Positions 8,907 to 17,461 of a stretch of 64,000 nucleotides of DNA are shown here, piece after piece. The stretch spans positions 129,779-193,778 of IMG/VR virus record IMGVR_UViG_3300030107_007542. The stretch is one strand, 5' to 3'. Both the position numbers and the translations under genes were made by a program. Position 1 is the stretch's first letter; every line of letters starts with the position of its first letter. This stretch comes from a virus. A model generated the notes under the pieces. The model ran no database searches. It worked only from the letters and a program-made list of their open reading frames with translations, and was not told where the DNA came from.

Positions 8907-8988
8907 TGGTGGAGGTGCGCGGAATCGAACCGCGGTCCTGAGACTACCATTGCAGGTTTTAATCCCAGTCGAAACCAGAGCCACCCCC
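8907..8988 (-). ncRNA. Miniature tmRNA-like RNA (tRNA-like domain only, no tag ORF)
   Basis: GGGGGTG GCTCTGGTTTCGA CTGGGAT TAAAACCTGCAATGGTA GTCTCAG GAC CGCGG TTCGATT CCGCG CACCTCC A CCA; G3:U70, no D-stem, tmRNA 5' and 3' consensus. Confidence 0.85.
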
Positions 8989-9022
8989 TCATGTTTTTTC
9001 TTGACATTCATGTTTATATAAG

Positions 9023-9385
9023 TTATTCTAAATCATTCTTATAGGAGTTCTTAATGTCATATTTACGTTTCAAAGCTTTAAAGGTCTGCTCACTAATTCC
9101 TAAGATTCTAGTAGCCCCCTTATTGGTATCAGTTATACTAATCACTGCATTATATAGCGCTTCCTTCGTAATATCAACCACATTCGACCAAAGATTAAAT
9201 CCATATAGTTTCCCCCCAGTTAGTCGACTGGAGCATTCTAATTTAAGGCCTATTAGTTCTTCCAAGGTTAATGTGGAGAGCATGATTTCAAATGCCTCGT
9301 TAGATTTGTTTTCGTCTCTCAACTTTTTAGAGAGAGAAAGATCTTTACAAAAACCCTGCGAACTTCGTCGCGGAGGTTTGTTCAT
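9023..9385 (-). CDS. Hypothetical protein with a C-terminal Fis-like HTH
   Basis: EALYNAV...NKGATRILGISEQTF resembles a Fis-type HTH. Confidence 0.5.
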   Translation of the reverse strand: MNKPPRRSSQGFCKDLSLSKKLRDENKSNEAFEIMLSTLTLEELIGLKLECSSRLTGGKLYGFNLWSNVVDITKEALYNAVISITDTNKGATRILGISEQTFKALKRKYDIKNSYKNDLE

Positions 9386-10213
9386 TTATAATAAATTTTT
9401 AATAATGTCGTCTACATCAAGGTGCTTAAGCAGCTCTTGCAGTTCTAATCCAACTTCTTCTTCCGCCGCAGCCGGCTCATCAATTGCGTCTTCCTCGGCA
9501 TCCACAGCCTCTTCAGGCTCGGGAACATCAGCTGGTAATTCGGACTCATACTTATCGAAATATAAGGCCAGATTTTTAATAAGATATTCTTCGAACATCT
9601 TAAGATCCTCAGGATCGTCGAGATCATCGTACGCCCGGAGGATTACTTTCGAGATAGTTTGGAAGTCAGTATACGCCTTATTTCGGCCGGTTTTGTCTTC
9701 CCCGGAGATTGCAAATTCTTCCTTTTCAACTTCTCCATCAGATTTTACAACTTCTTTTTCTTCCACATCAATAAAGTCTGGATCATCTTCTGGATTATCA
9801 ACACTGATATTGATATCCTCATCTAGAGGACCACCTTCTACACTGGCAGAGGCCTCAATGGTGTCATCGGCTTCTTTTCGGGACTCTTCAGGTGCAAGTG
9901 ATTTTTCAACTGCAACTAGAACATGGTTTCTGTAAGACATCCTCTGTTCTTTGGCAGTCGTGAGGGATTTATACCCCTTTTCCAAAACGGAGAGAATGTT
10001 AGAATTCTTAAGAAGATCTTCTAATACGTTAATACCAGTGTTGGCGTGCTTGGCAGTTGTGGTAACAGCGGTTTGACCTTCGCGAATCAAGTCACGAACG
10101 AGTTCTCGCAATTGACGCTCGTCGCTTGTATGTCGCGACTGGACCACTCGGATCGCTCGTCGCACGGTTTCGCGCAATTTCAATTCTTCTGCAAATTCTT
10201 CTCTGTTTATCAT
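9386..10213 (-). CDS. Acidic hypothetical protein (possible prohead/core protein)
   Basis: Very D/E-rich; L/I-x-E motifs. Confidence 0.55.
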   Translation of the reverse strand: MINREEFAEELKLRETVRRAIRVVQSRHTSDERQLRELVRDLIREGQTAVTTTAKHANTGINVLEDLLKNSNILSVLEKGYKSLTTAKEQRMSYRNHVLVAVEKSLAPEESRKEADDTIEASASVEGGPLDEDINISVDNPEDDPDFIDVEEKEVVKSDGEVEKEEFAISGEDKTGRNKAYTDFQTISKVILRAYDDLDDPEDLKMFEEYLIKNLALYFDKYESELPADVPEPEEAVDAEEDAIDEPAAAEEEVGLELQELLKHLDVDDIIKNLL

Positions 10214-10215
10214 AG

Positions 10216-12072
10216 TTAGCCCACCGATATACCTAATAAATAGTCCATTACTTCGTTAACCAACCCTTCATCTGTCTTCTTGCGCTTTTGTTTGCGTTGT
10301 GGTCGACGCCGCAAAGGTTTTCCTAGGCCTCCGACCCCAATGGCCGCAGATCCGGCGCCCATAGCGGAAACTTCATCGAGTTCCTCTAGAGGCTCTTCTC
10401 CCAGTAAGGTTAAGATATCATGAATTTCTTGCTGATTTAAGGAGCCAGGCAACCCGGCGACAAAATCATCTGTGTCGTCACTCCACAGCGCTTGTCGCAT
10501 CTGAGTTGCTGAGATCCCTCCGGCCTGCGGTGGAACAGGAATTTGATTAACCCCAATTCCTCGGGCAGACCCGCGCTGGTCGGCTGCAGCATAGCGGCCG
10601 TCAGCAAGATCTTTTTCACCCAGGATTAAGTTAAGAATATCGCCTTCTTGGGCTTCATTATCCAGATAGTCATAAACAGAACGAACTGGGGAAATATCAC
10701 CAATTCGAATTTCAACATCTCCGGGCAAATAAGGCTTATATATTTCCCATATGGCCTTCGCTTGATCAGGACCTATTCCCTCATGAGGTCTGGGTGAAAT
10801 ATAAATGATAAGCTTGTTAACATTCGGCTTATTTAAGATTTCTTTAGCTACATCAAAGTGGCCACCATGAGGAGGCTTAAACTTTCCGGGGTACAGAGCT
10901 ATGCTGTGCCCCTTCTGTTCACTTAAAGATTGCTTGGAACGATCGCCGTGGGTAGAAGCAAGTCCTTGAACAATAAAATCACCAGTTAACTTAACTAAGA
11001 AATCTTCCATTCCTCTTAGGACCACACCCTCGTGGCTTCCTACGCTTCCAGCTTGACTTGTAAGAGCACGTTTCACCGCCTGACCCAAAAGGCGCGTTCC
11101 ATGATACAGGATCGCTCCATTTATTGCGTCTTTTACATCTTCTTGTGAGTCTAAATACTGACTCAGGGGCTGTCCCCCTTCTGTTGCGCTATTTAAAACA
11201 GCCATATAAACATCTTTGCTAAGCGCTCCGACGCTTTTTCCGTCGGCTCTTGTGACTTTGCGTTCTTGTGGATGTTCCACCATGCCGAGCCACTCCCGCA
11301 GTGTATTAGTAGCAATACCTCCAGGAGTAATCTGTACAGAAATGGGTGTTTCGAGTACAGCGTCCAAATCTAAATTGACCTCAGGGTCAAACTCGACAGG
11401 AACATCTCCGAAAACTTCAAAGCCGTACTTTGCCGCAAGTGGACGCACTTTTTCAATAAGACTCAATAAGGCATCCTTATCATAAGGTACTTCGATTCCA
11501 CCTGCTTTCGTGGGTTTGTCCGTATTGGGATCAATAGGCCTTTCAAGGCCCGGGCGATCCATAGATGTGCCTTTGCGAATAGCATGAGGTTGAGCTTTTT
11601 TAGCGTAAAATTGGTTAATTCCGTGAATAGCCAAAATGTTCTGATCATACTCTTGAACATTGGACTTTCCTTCAATATACTCAGTATTGAAATACTTGGT
11701 AGGATTATCCCACATTCCTAATTTTTTAAGATCTGGTTCAATTTCTGGGATTGTGGCATTAAAGATTTTTAGAAGCTTGGCAACTGCGCCAGCCATTCCA
11801 TGTTCGGGCCCCCACTTCTCTAGAGCCGCTTCGGCATCGAGGCCTATAACTGAATCGATGTGGTTGGTTCCCCGATCCATGCGAAACTCTTTTTCACCAT
11901 CGTCATTTGTGATGAGTTTAAAACTGGTATTAATACCGTCCCATTTAACGCTGCCATCAATCTCTTGATTTTGAAGACGCAATACAGCATCATTGATATA
12001 ATCAATTAAATCCTGCCCGGTTTTAACCCTCTCTACATCAAAAGGGTGCGCCATATGGCCTGGGGTACCCAT
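10216..12072 (-). CDS. Two-domain protein: ligase-like nucleotidyltransferase (DUF6267-like) plus HxxH cytidylyltransferase-like domain
   Basis: GHMAHPFD, SVKWDG (KxDG), HEGVVLR, VKLTG; then LYPGKFKPPHGGHF and ISATQMR. Confidence 0.65.
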   Translation of the reverse strand: MGTPGHMAHPFDVERVKTGQDLIDYINDAVLRLQNQEIDGSVKWDGINTSFKLITNDDGEKEFRMDRGTNHIDSVIGLDAEAALEKWGPEHGMAGAVAKLLKIFNATIPEIEPDLKKLGMWDNPTKYFNTEYIEGKSNVQEYDQNILAIHGINQFYAKKAQPHAIRKGTSMDRPGLERPIDPNTDKPTKAGGIEVPYDKDALLSLIEKVRPLAAKYGFEVFGDVPVEFDPEVNLDLDAVLETPISVQITPGGIATNTLREWLGMVEHPQERKVTRADGKSVGALSKDVYMAVLNSATEGGQPLSQYLDSQEDVKDAINGAILYHGTRLLGQAVKRALTSQAGSVGSHEGVVLRGMEDFLVKLTGDFIVQGLASTHGDRSKQSLSEQKGHSIALYPGKFKPPHGGHFDVAKEILNKPNVNKLIIYISPRPHEGIGPDQAKAIWEIYKPYLPGDVEIRIGDISPVRSVYDYLDNEAQEGDILNLILGEKDLADGRYAAADQRGSARGIGVNQIPVPPQAGGISATQMRQALWSDDTDDFVAGLPGSLNQQEIHDILTLLGEEPLEELDEVSAMGAGSAAIGVGGLGKPLRRRPQRKQKRKKTDEGLVNEVMDYLLGISVG

Positions 12073-12075
12073 TAG

Positions 12076-12324
12076 TTACTCCTTGCTTTCTTCTAGAACC
12101 TTCACTTGCTCTTCTAGAACATTAACTCGCTCTTGCAGTCTGCGAGAGTGTCGACGCACTTCCTTAAGGTTAGCTTTAGCTACTTCGATTCGTCGTTCAT
12201 CTGTGCGCGTACGAGGAGAAATTGAGTTAAGAACTTCAGAAACAGACTGAATATAGCTAGCCAAACTGGGGGCTTTGCCCTCGCCCATCAAGAACTCGCG
12301 AGTCATGCGTCGTAAGTCGGTCAT
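12076..12324 (-). CDS. Hypothetical coiled-coil protein
   Basis: ORF track; heptad-rich C-terminus. Confidence 0.6.
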   Translation of the reverse strand: MTDLRRMTREFLMGEGKAPSLASYIQSVSEVLNSISPRTRTDERRIEVAKANLKEVRRHSRRLQERVNVLEEQVKVLEESKE

Positions 12325-12469
12325 TACTTTTCACTAGATTTGGTAGTAGTACTCGAAGACTTCTTACGTGGTTTCTTGGGAGCGGCTACTTTCGGTTTTG
12401 AAACCTCAGGCTCTTCTACCTTTTCAACCGCCGGCTTAGGCGGGGTGATAATCCATGGAGCAGCCATTT

Positions 12470-12766
12470 TTACTTCTCCTCTTTCTTGGTTCTGGAACCC
12501 CTTCGGGTTCTCTTCGGTGTGGACTCAGCCACGGGTTCGGCTTTTTTGGCTTTAGCTTTTTCCTCAGCCTTAGCAGCTTCAGCAGCAACCCGCGCTTCTT
12601 CTTTCGCTCTTGCCTCAGCTTTAACCTTTTCTGCTTCGGCTCGTGCTTTTTGAGCAACGTCAGCCTGTCGAACCGTCTCTTCAGCTTGGGCCCTGAGAGC
12701 TTCGGCGGCTTCTTCTGCCGCGGCAAGGGCTGCCAGCCTCCTTCGTTTAACGTTTGGTGCTACCAT
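12470..12766 (-). CDS. Ala/Lys/Glu-rich low-complexity protein
   Basis: AEAAKAEEKAKAKKAE repeats. Confidence 0.55.
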   Translation of the reverse strand: MVAPNVKRRRLAALAAAEEAAEALRAQAEETVRQADVAQKARAEAEKVKAEARAKEEARVAAEAAKAEEKAKAKKAEPVAESTPKRTRRGSRTKKEEK

Positions 12767-12767
12767 C

Positions 12768-13757
12768 TTATTTGCCTTCCTTTCTGATACGCTCGATAAT
12801 GCGTCGAGTGATCTCTTTGGCTTCCTTTACGGAGATTTTACCTGAGGTGTTCTCGCTCATTTTCTTGGCCATACCATATTGATTACCACGCATATCACTG
12901 CTTTCGGGATTCACCTTATCCAGGCAAGTCTTGGTTTCTTCATCCCAATCAACACAGTCATCGTCGCGATACATCATTTCAGAAACGGGGTGATCCTCAC
13001 CCGGATGTGCTTCGTCGCAACTTTGTCCAGGATGTCCAGCGCCTTCGTCCATGTGGTCATCTTCACGATGCTGATCAACACCCATATCATGTCGCAGGGC
13101 GTCCAGATGATGCTCGATGCTGTCGAGATGATGCTCTAGGCGATCTTCTTCGCGCTTGTCGGCACTCTCATCTTCTCCATAGTGCTCGCTTTCTTCTTCT
13201 TTGGAGTCTTCCTGAAGTTGGTCTTTAGACTCCTTAAGAAGTCCCCACTTCTTCATCAAGAGCGTGTTAAGCTCGTTATCTTTCCATTCTTTAAGTGACA
13301 TCTGTGGTTCTCCTGAATCTTTAAAATTGATATCTATGGTAATCTTACCTCTCTTAATTAGGTCCTCAAAGTCCCTAAAGATCAAATTACCTTTGGTATA
13401 CGCTTCGCGCTCCATTTTTCGTAAGTGTGGATCACGCTGTGCGTATCCGGGGCTTGTGTCATCCGAGCCATCAAAATCTCCGCGGCAATTCTGGGCGTGA
13501 TGTACTAACTCATGAGAGAGTGACCTCATAATATCTTTAGGATGACGTTTATCCGTGAAGAGATAAACTTCAAAAGTCTCAGGGTTATAATGAGCAGTTT
13601 TTCCCAAAAGTACATCAGCATTGCTAGGATCAGATTGAAATACAATTTTCACTGGCTGGTCAAATCCAAGCTGTTGTTGGGAATATGGAAGAAAGCCCTT
13701 CACCATCTGTTCTAAATGGGAAATATTGCCTCCGGTATTGTTCTGACAACTGTGCAT
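12768..13757 (-). CDS. HExxH metallopeptidase-like domain fused to an acidic C-terminal region
   Basis: SLSHELVHHAQ; the C-terminal half is D/E/H-rich with a possible internal start at 13301. Confidence 0.6.
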   Translation of the reverse strand: MHSCQNNTGGNISHLEQMVKGFLPYSQQQLGFDQPVKIVFQSDPSNADVLLGKTAHYNPETFEVYLFTDKRHPKDIMRSLSHELVHHAQNCRGDFDGSDDTSPGYAQRDPHLRKMEREAYTKGNLIFRDFEDLIKRGKITIDINFKDSGEPQMSLKEWKDNELNTLLMKKWGLLKESKDQLQEDSKEEESEHYGEDESADKREEDRLEHHLDSIEHHLDALRHDMGVDQHREDDHMDEGAGHPGQSCDEAHPGEDHPVSEMMYRDDDCVDWDEETKTCLDKVNPESSDMRGNQYGMAKKMSENTSGKISVKEAKEITRRIIERIRKEGK

Positions 13758-13771
13758 ACGTAATAAATAGT

Positions 13772-14086
13772 TTAAAATACTAGAAATAGCACTCCTGTTA
13801 TGTGCCAGCTAAAAACTCCCACATATACAAGATTAAGGCCAAAAAGAGTATAGAATATAAATTTCTTAAAGCGTCGCTTGAACTTTAACAGTATTGAAAG
13901 GCTTGCAAAACTAATGAATAGCTTAACAAATGCAAAAAGTGCGATAGAGTGCTTAAGGTAGTAGTTCATGATCGGATTAGCCTCGGTGGCTAGTCCGCTA
14001 GAAATCCAGTAGACTGTAGCTAGAAGATCAGATAATATAAGAAAGATGAGTAAATAAGAAAGAATATGGATCTTCCTTATTGTCAC
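13772..14086 (-). CDS. Membrane protein, DUF5658-like
   Basis: D..AT.Y...G.A.EANPIM motif; several hydrophobic helices. Confidence 0.6.
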   Translation of the reverse strand: MTIRKIHILSYLLIFLILSDLLATVYWISSGLATEANPIMNYYLKHSIALFAFVKLFISFASLSILLKFKRRFKKFIFYTLFGLNLVYVGVFSWHITGVLFLVF

Positions 14087-14089
14087 ATT

Positions 14090-14404
14090 TTATTCCTTGA
14101 CGTGTCCAGGATGCTTTTTGTACATCATATGATCGAAAATAGAACTCATCATCGCAGAGGCCTTTGTAATTTTAGCTTGTACCCATGGCTCTAAGTTTTC
14201 GTCCTCCATTATAATATCATGGAGTTGTTGTGCCTTCTGGCCCATGTGAAAAAGTTCCCGCTTTGCCATATTACCTTCATAACCATCGGGGTCCTTCTCA
14301 TAAGGTCGATCCTCGGGGTTCTGTGGGGATTCGAGTAATACGGAGTGTTGCTCGCTGACAGCCTCTTGAATTAAACGTTGAAGTTCGTTTCGTGTGATTT
14401 TCAT
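14090..14404 (-). CDS. Conserved large-phage hypothetical protein
   Basis: MKITRNELQRLIQE leader; YEGNMAK...LEPWVQAKIT motif. Confidence 0.6.
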   Translation of the reverse strand: MKITRNELQRLIQEAVSEQHSVLLESPQNPEDRPYEKDPDGYEGNMAKRELFHMGQKAQQLHDIIMEDENLEPWVQAKITKASAMMSSIFDHMMYKKHPGHVKE

Positions 14405-14439
14405 TTTTTACCTTCCTCCGGAGGGTCTTCGTGATCTGG

Positions 14440-14874
14440 TCATTTCCCGCCCTCTTCAAGTTCACCACCAGGCGAAAAAGTCATGGGCATATGACCTCCA
14501 GCACCAAAATACTTTTGTCGATCGGGAGGCGGCGCGACCACGCGCTGATCGGGCATCGGATAAGCTCCCTCGCCCTCCAGGGTGTTAAGTACCCTACGAA
14601 GCGACGCAGAGGCCTTAAAGGCGTGTTCGTAAGCGTCATCATAGACAGGGTCATCAAGAGCTTCTATAAGCTCCTCAGTGGCCTCTCTGGCCTTAAGGGC
14701 GATCTCATACATCTTGTTGGACTTTTTATCGCCCATGTCTTGCATACTAACATCATTATCCGCCGCCGGTTCCCTATGGGGGACGCCCTTCGGCGCCGAA
14801 GGAGTATTAATGCCCCCTCCGGTGAACATTGCCTCTCTGACGAAGGCTTTAAGTTGATCGAAATCAATACTCAT
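14440..14874 (-). CDS. Hypothetical protein
   Basis: ORF track; LKAFVRE leader. Confidence 0.55.
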   Translation of the reverse strand: MSIDFDQLKAFVREAMFTGGGINTPSAPKGVPHREPAADNDVSMQDMGDKKSNKMYEIALKAREATEELIEALDDPVYDDAYEHAFKASASLRRVLNTLEGEGAYPMPDQRVVAPPPDRQKYFGAGGHMPMTFSPGGELEEGGK

Positions 14875-14876
14875 GA

Positions 14877-15560
14877 TTAGTCTTTTCCTTGCTCGATATC
14901 AGGATACTTCCTCTTCACTGCAGCGCGAACCTTAGCTTTTTCCTCTGAAGTGCCATGCTGTGCTACCAAGCTCAGAGCTGATCTTGCCCTGTTCTCAGTA
15001 TCAATGGGATAAGAGCCGGCCTGCTTGCCCTTTGGGCCCTCTCCCTTTCCTGGAAGTGCAAAATCACTATCGGGAAGCGCCCTTCTTTCCGCAGCGGAAA
15101 GGTCTTTTTCATTTAAGCGCTCTTCCCAAACGGAGCTTCGTTTCGGCGCCGCATCTTTTCGGCTAGCTTGGCGCAACTTAGCTGTGAGGGCGCTAATTTC
15201 GGCAGGGTCCGTTGGGAGTCCTAATGCTGGAAATATGACCTTTAAGATCATTTCGCTCTTCATAGCAGGGGTCGTTGCTTTAGCAAGTTCTCGACGAATT
15301 AATTTTAATGGTTGCATCATTCCGCTTTTGTCGAACTGCTTCTGTGCGCGCTTCTCTCGACCTCGAAGGTCAGGCTTACCCGCCTGCGCTTGCTCCTCGG
15401 GGGAAATGGCAGGCATCGACATCTCCTCTCGGGATCCCTCTTTCATCATCTCATCTAGAAGTTTTGAGGGGTCTAAGTCAAAGAATTCGATGGCCTCATT
15501 ATTCGTTAAAATAACTTCAACCTCTTCTTTAATAATTTTCAAAAGTTGTGTTTTTGTCAT
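14877..15560 (-). CDS. Protein with a C-terminal DUF6582-like domain
   Basis: LSAAERRALPDSDFALP...YPIDTENRARSAL motif. Confidence 0.6.
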   Translation of the reverse strand: MTKTQLLKIIKEEVEVILTNNEAIEFFDLDPSKLLDEMMKEGSREEMSMPAISPEEQAQAGKPDLRGREKRAQKQFDKSGMMQPLKLIRRELAKATTPAMKSEMILKVIFPALGLPTDPAEISALTAKLRQASRKDAAPKRSSVWEERLNEKDLSAAERRALPDSDFALPGKGEGPKGKQAGSYPIDTENRARSALSLVAQHGTSEEKAKVRAAVKRKYPDIEQGKD

Positions 15561-15591
15561 GCTAGCAATCTCCGGCGTACTATTAATTAGT

Positions 15592-16089
15592 TTAGTCTTC
15601 GCTCTTTGCCATATGATCTAACCATTTATCTCGTAAACGATTCGTAATTCCATCTTCGGTGGGGACTAGCTCTGCCTCAATTCCCGCTCGCTCAGCAGCT
15701 GTGACTTCATCTTCGTCATCATCCCAATGCTTAACAACTCCTAGTTCTGTGAGTTTGTCTGCTTTGAGATCTCCAAATGTATAGTAGACTTCTTCGACTG
15801 GCAAATTAAACATTTCAATTGCCTCCTCGGGCGTCGGAGCTAGGTCCCACACATGCTTAGGACGACTTAGTTTAGATCGGGAAGTGACAATTATAACTTT
15901 ATGTCCTTCTGCTGCCAAATCTTTAAGGAGCTGAATGTTCTCATCATGAGGACCAAGATATTCGACGTCTCCATCTTCGAGAGTTTCATATCGAATTAGT
16001 GTGTTATCAAAGTCAAATGAGTAAATGTTTTGTTCTAAGTTATCTTCTTCGGCGATAAACTTCCGCCATTCTTTTAATATCTGTTTCAT
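15592..16089 (-). CDS. HAD-superfamily phosphatase
   Basis: SFDFDNTL (DxDxT), VTSR, K, WDDD. Confidence 0.8.
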   Translation of the reverse strand: MKQILKEWRKFIAEEDNLEQNIYSFDFDNTLIRYETLEDGDVEYLGPHDENIQLLKDLAAEGHKVIIVTSRSKLSRPKHVWDLAPTPEEAIEMFNLPVEEVYYTFGDLKADKLTELGVVKHWDDDEDEVTAAERAGIEAELVPTEDGITNRLRDKWLDHMAKSED

Positions 16090-16143
16090 TGTTATAAATA
16101 TACCTTTTCATTCATTTATAGTATATCAAATATAAAAAGGGTG

Positions 16144-16350
16144 TCAAGAATTAATTTTATTACGTTGTGTTAAGCGCTGGAGACACTCTATCTTGCTTGA
16201 GACCGCGGTCGTAAACAGAAATGGTAGAAAAGAGTGTACAAGGCACTTAAAGCTTAATACTTTTAACATCCAAACAATCTTCCAAGCTCCTATCATGTGC
16301 TGGAAGTACGTCTCATTTTGAGCATCTAGGTGTTCTAGTAGATTTTTCAC
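16144..16350 (-). CDS. DUF6356-like small protein
   Basis: HL...ETYFQHM..A...LVHSFLPFLF. Confidence 0.55.
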   Translation of the reverse strand: MKNLLEHLDAQNETYFQHMIGAWKIVWMLKVLSFKCLVHSFLPFLFTTAVSSKIECLQRLTQRNKINS

Positions 16351-17075
16351 CAGCTATCCTCCTCAGGATCAGAACTAAATACGGAAGAATCAATAATCTT
16401 GAAGTTATTCTCACTATCGGCGCCAACATTGCCTCTTCCAATCTCATATTTATCAATCTCAAACTCGTGCATTGCCTTACTTAATTCTTGGTAGGCAGGA
16501 CCAGCTACACGGGACAGGAGGACTCCGAGTTCTTGAGCAATCTCGGCACTTTTAGACTCGTCATCAGCCGGATCTTCGGTTCGATCATACCGGAAGGATC
16601 CCAGAATCGTCTTCAAGATATGAAAAGGGTCGGCAGGATTGATATCTGCCTCACGACGCCATTGCAATATGGCTTCTTTCTCTGCGGGGAAAGACTTATC
16701 AAGGGCTTTGTCCATATCCTCCATATAGTAGATCTGGGGGATATTCTCCATCACAACCCACGAGAAATCATCAGCATGCGCGTACGCACGGGGGAAGATA
16801 AGAGGATAGCGCTTGGCGGTGTTGAAATCGTCTTCGTTCATCTGCATTTTGTAATCATCGGGTTCATGGATCATTTTAATAACGTGGTCCGGATCTCCAA
16901 CAGGCTGGTATACAGTGCGGAACATGCCTCTACCAAGTTTCTTGAACCGATCGGACTCTAGAATCTCGTGAATCTCATCGAAGTCGTCGGTGGCTTGGAT
17001 TTCTTTGAGCCAAGGGAAATATTCGGCCTCGCCTTCTGCAAGGTACTTCCGCCAGTTTTCAAGCAGGAGCTTCAT
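16347..17075 (-). CDS. Kinase-like fold protein
   Basis: LGRGMFRTVY Gly-loop, VIKM, WVVMENI, EIGRGNVG, KIIDS. Confidence 0.65.
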   Translation of the reverse strand: MKLLLENWRKYLAEGEAEYFPWLKEIQATDDFDEIHEILESDRFKKLGRGMFRTVYQPVGDPDHVIKMIHEPDDYKMQMNEDDFNTAKRYPLIFPRAYAHADDFSWVVMENIPQIYYMEDMDKALDKSFPAEKEAILQWRREADINPADPFHILKTILGSFRYDRTEDPADDESKSAEIAQELGVLLSRVAGPAYQELSKAMHEFEIDKYEIGRGNVGADSENNFKIIDSSVFSSDPEEDSW

Positions 17076-17160
17076 TCTTCGGAATTCCAGCAACCACAAT
17101 TAGAGCAGCACCGCCCGATTGTAAGGTCTGCAAGCTTTCTAAGATATTTGATTATAAGAT

Positions 17161-17445
17161 TCATTCTTTACCCTTTCCTTGCATCCTAAGTAGTCGATCT
17201 TCGGCATATTTGGCCCTCATATCGCCCAAACCACGGTCAATCTTCTCTAGCGCTTGCGCCAGCATCTTTTCCTGATTGGCTAATTTAGAAACAATCATTT
17301 CTTGATGATATTGGCGCGCCTCCTTAGCGGCCGCCTCCTCTTCTTTTTTATCCTTACGTTGCTGCCAGTTCATAAACAACAAAGAAGCAGTCCACAATCC
17401 TAGGACGCCATACTGCGCTAAACCTTTTATTATTTCGAGTTCCAC
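17161..17445 (-). CDS. Small membrane/coiled-coil protein (possible holin-type)
   Basis: One N-terminal TM plus a coiled coil; close to the endolysin; function inferred. Confidence 0.4.
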   Translation of the reverse strand: MELEIIKGLAQYGVLGLWTASLLFMNWQQRKDKKEEEAAAKEARQYHQEMIVSKLANQEKMLAQALEKIDRGLGDMRAKYAEDRLLRMQGKGKE

Positions 17446-17461
17446 TCAATAAGTAGTGATA

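Noticed and set aside
8907-8988. Ordinary tRNA-Ala, or an attP fragment of host ssrA
   Set aside because: There is no D-stem and the 5' loop matches tmRNA, so it is not a canonical tRNA. Integration remnants carry only the 3' end, whereas both ends are present and pair here, and no integrase is nearby.
9001-9029. Plus-strand TTGACA-17-TATTCT next to the mini-tmRNA
   Set aside because: It points away from the RNA gene, antisense into a CDS, with a weak -10, so it cannot be its promoter; probably chance.
9054-9935. 293-aa plus-strand ORF
   Set aside because: Ser-rich antisense shadow of the acidic minus-strand genes; no RBS or motif.
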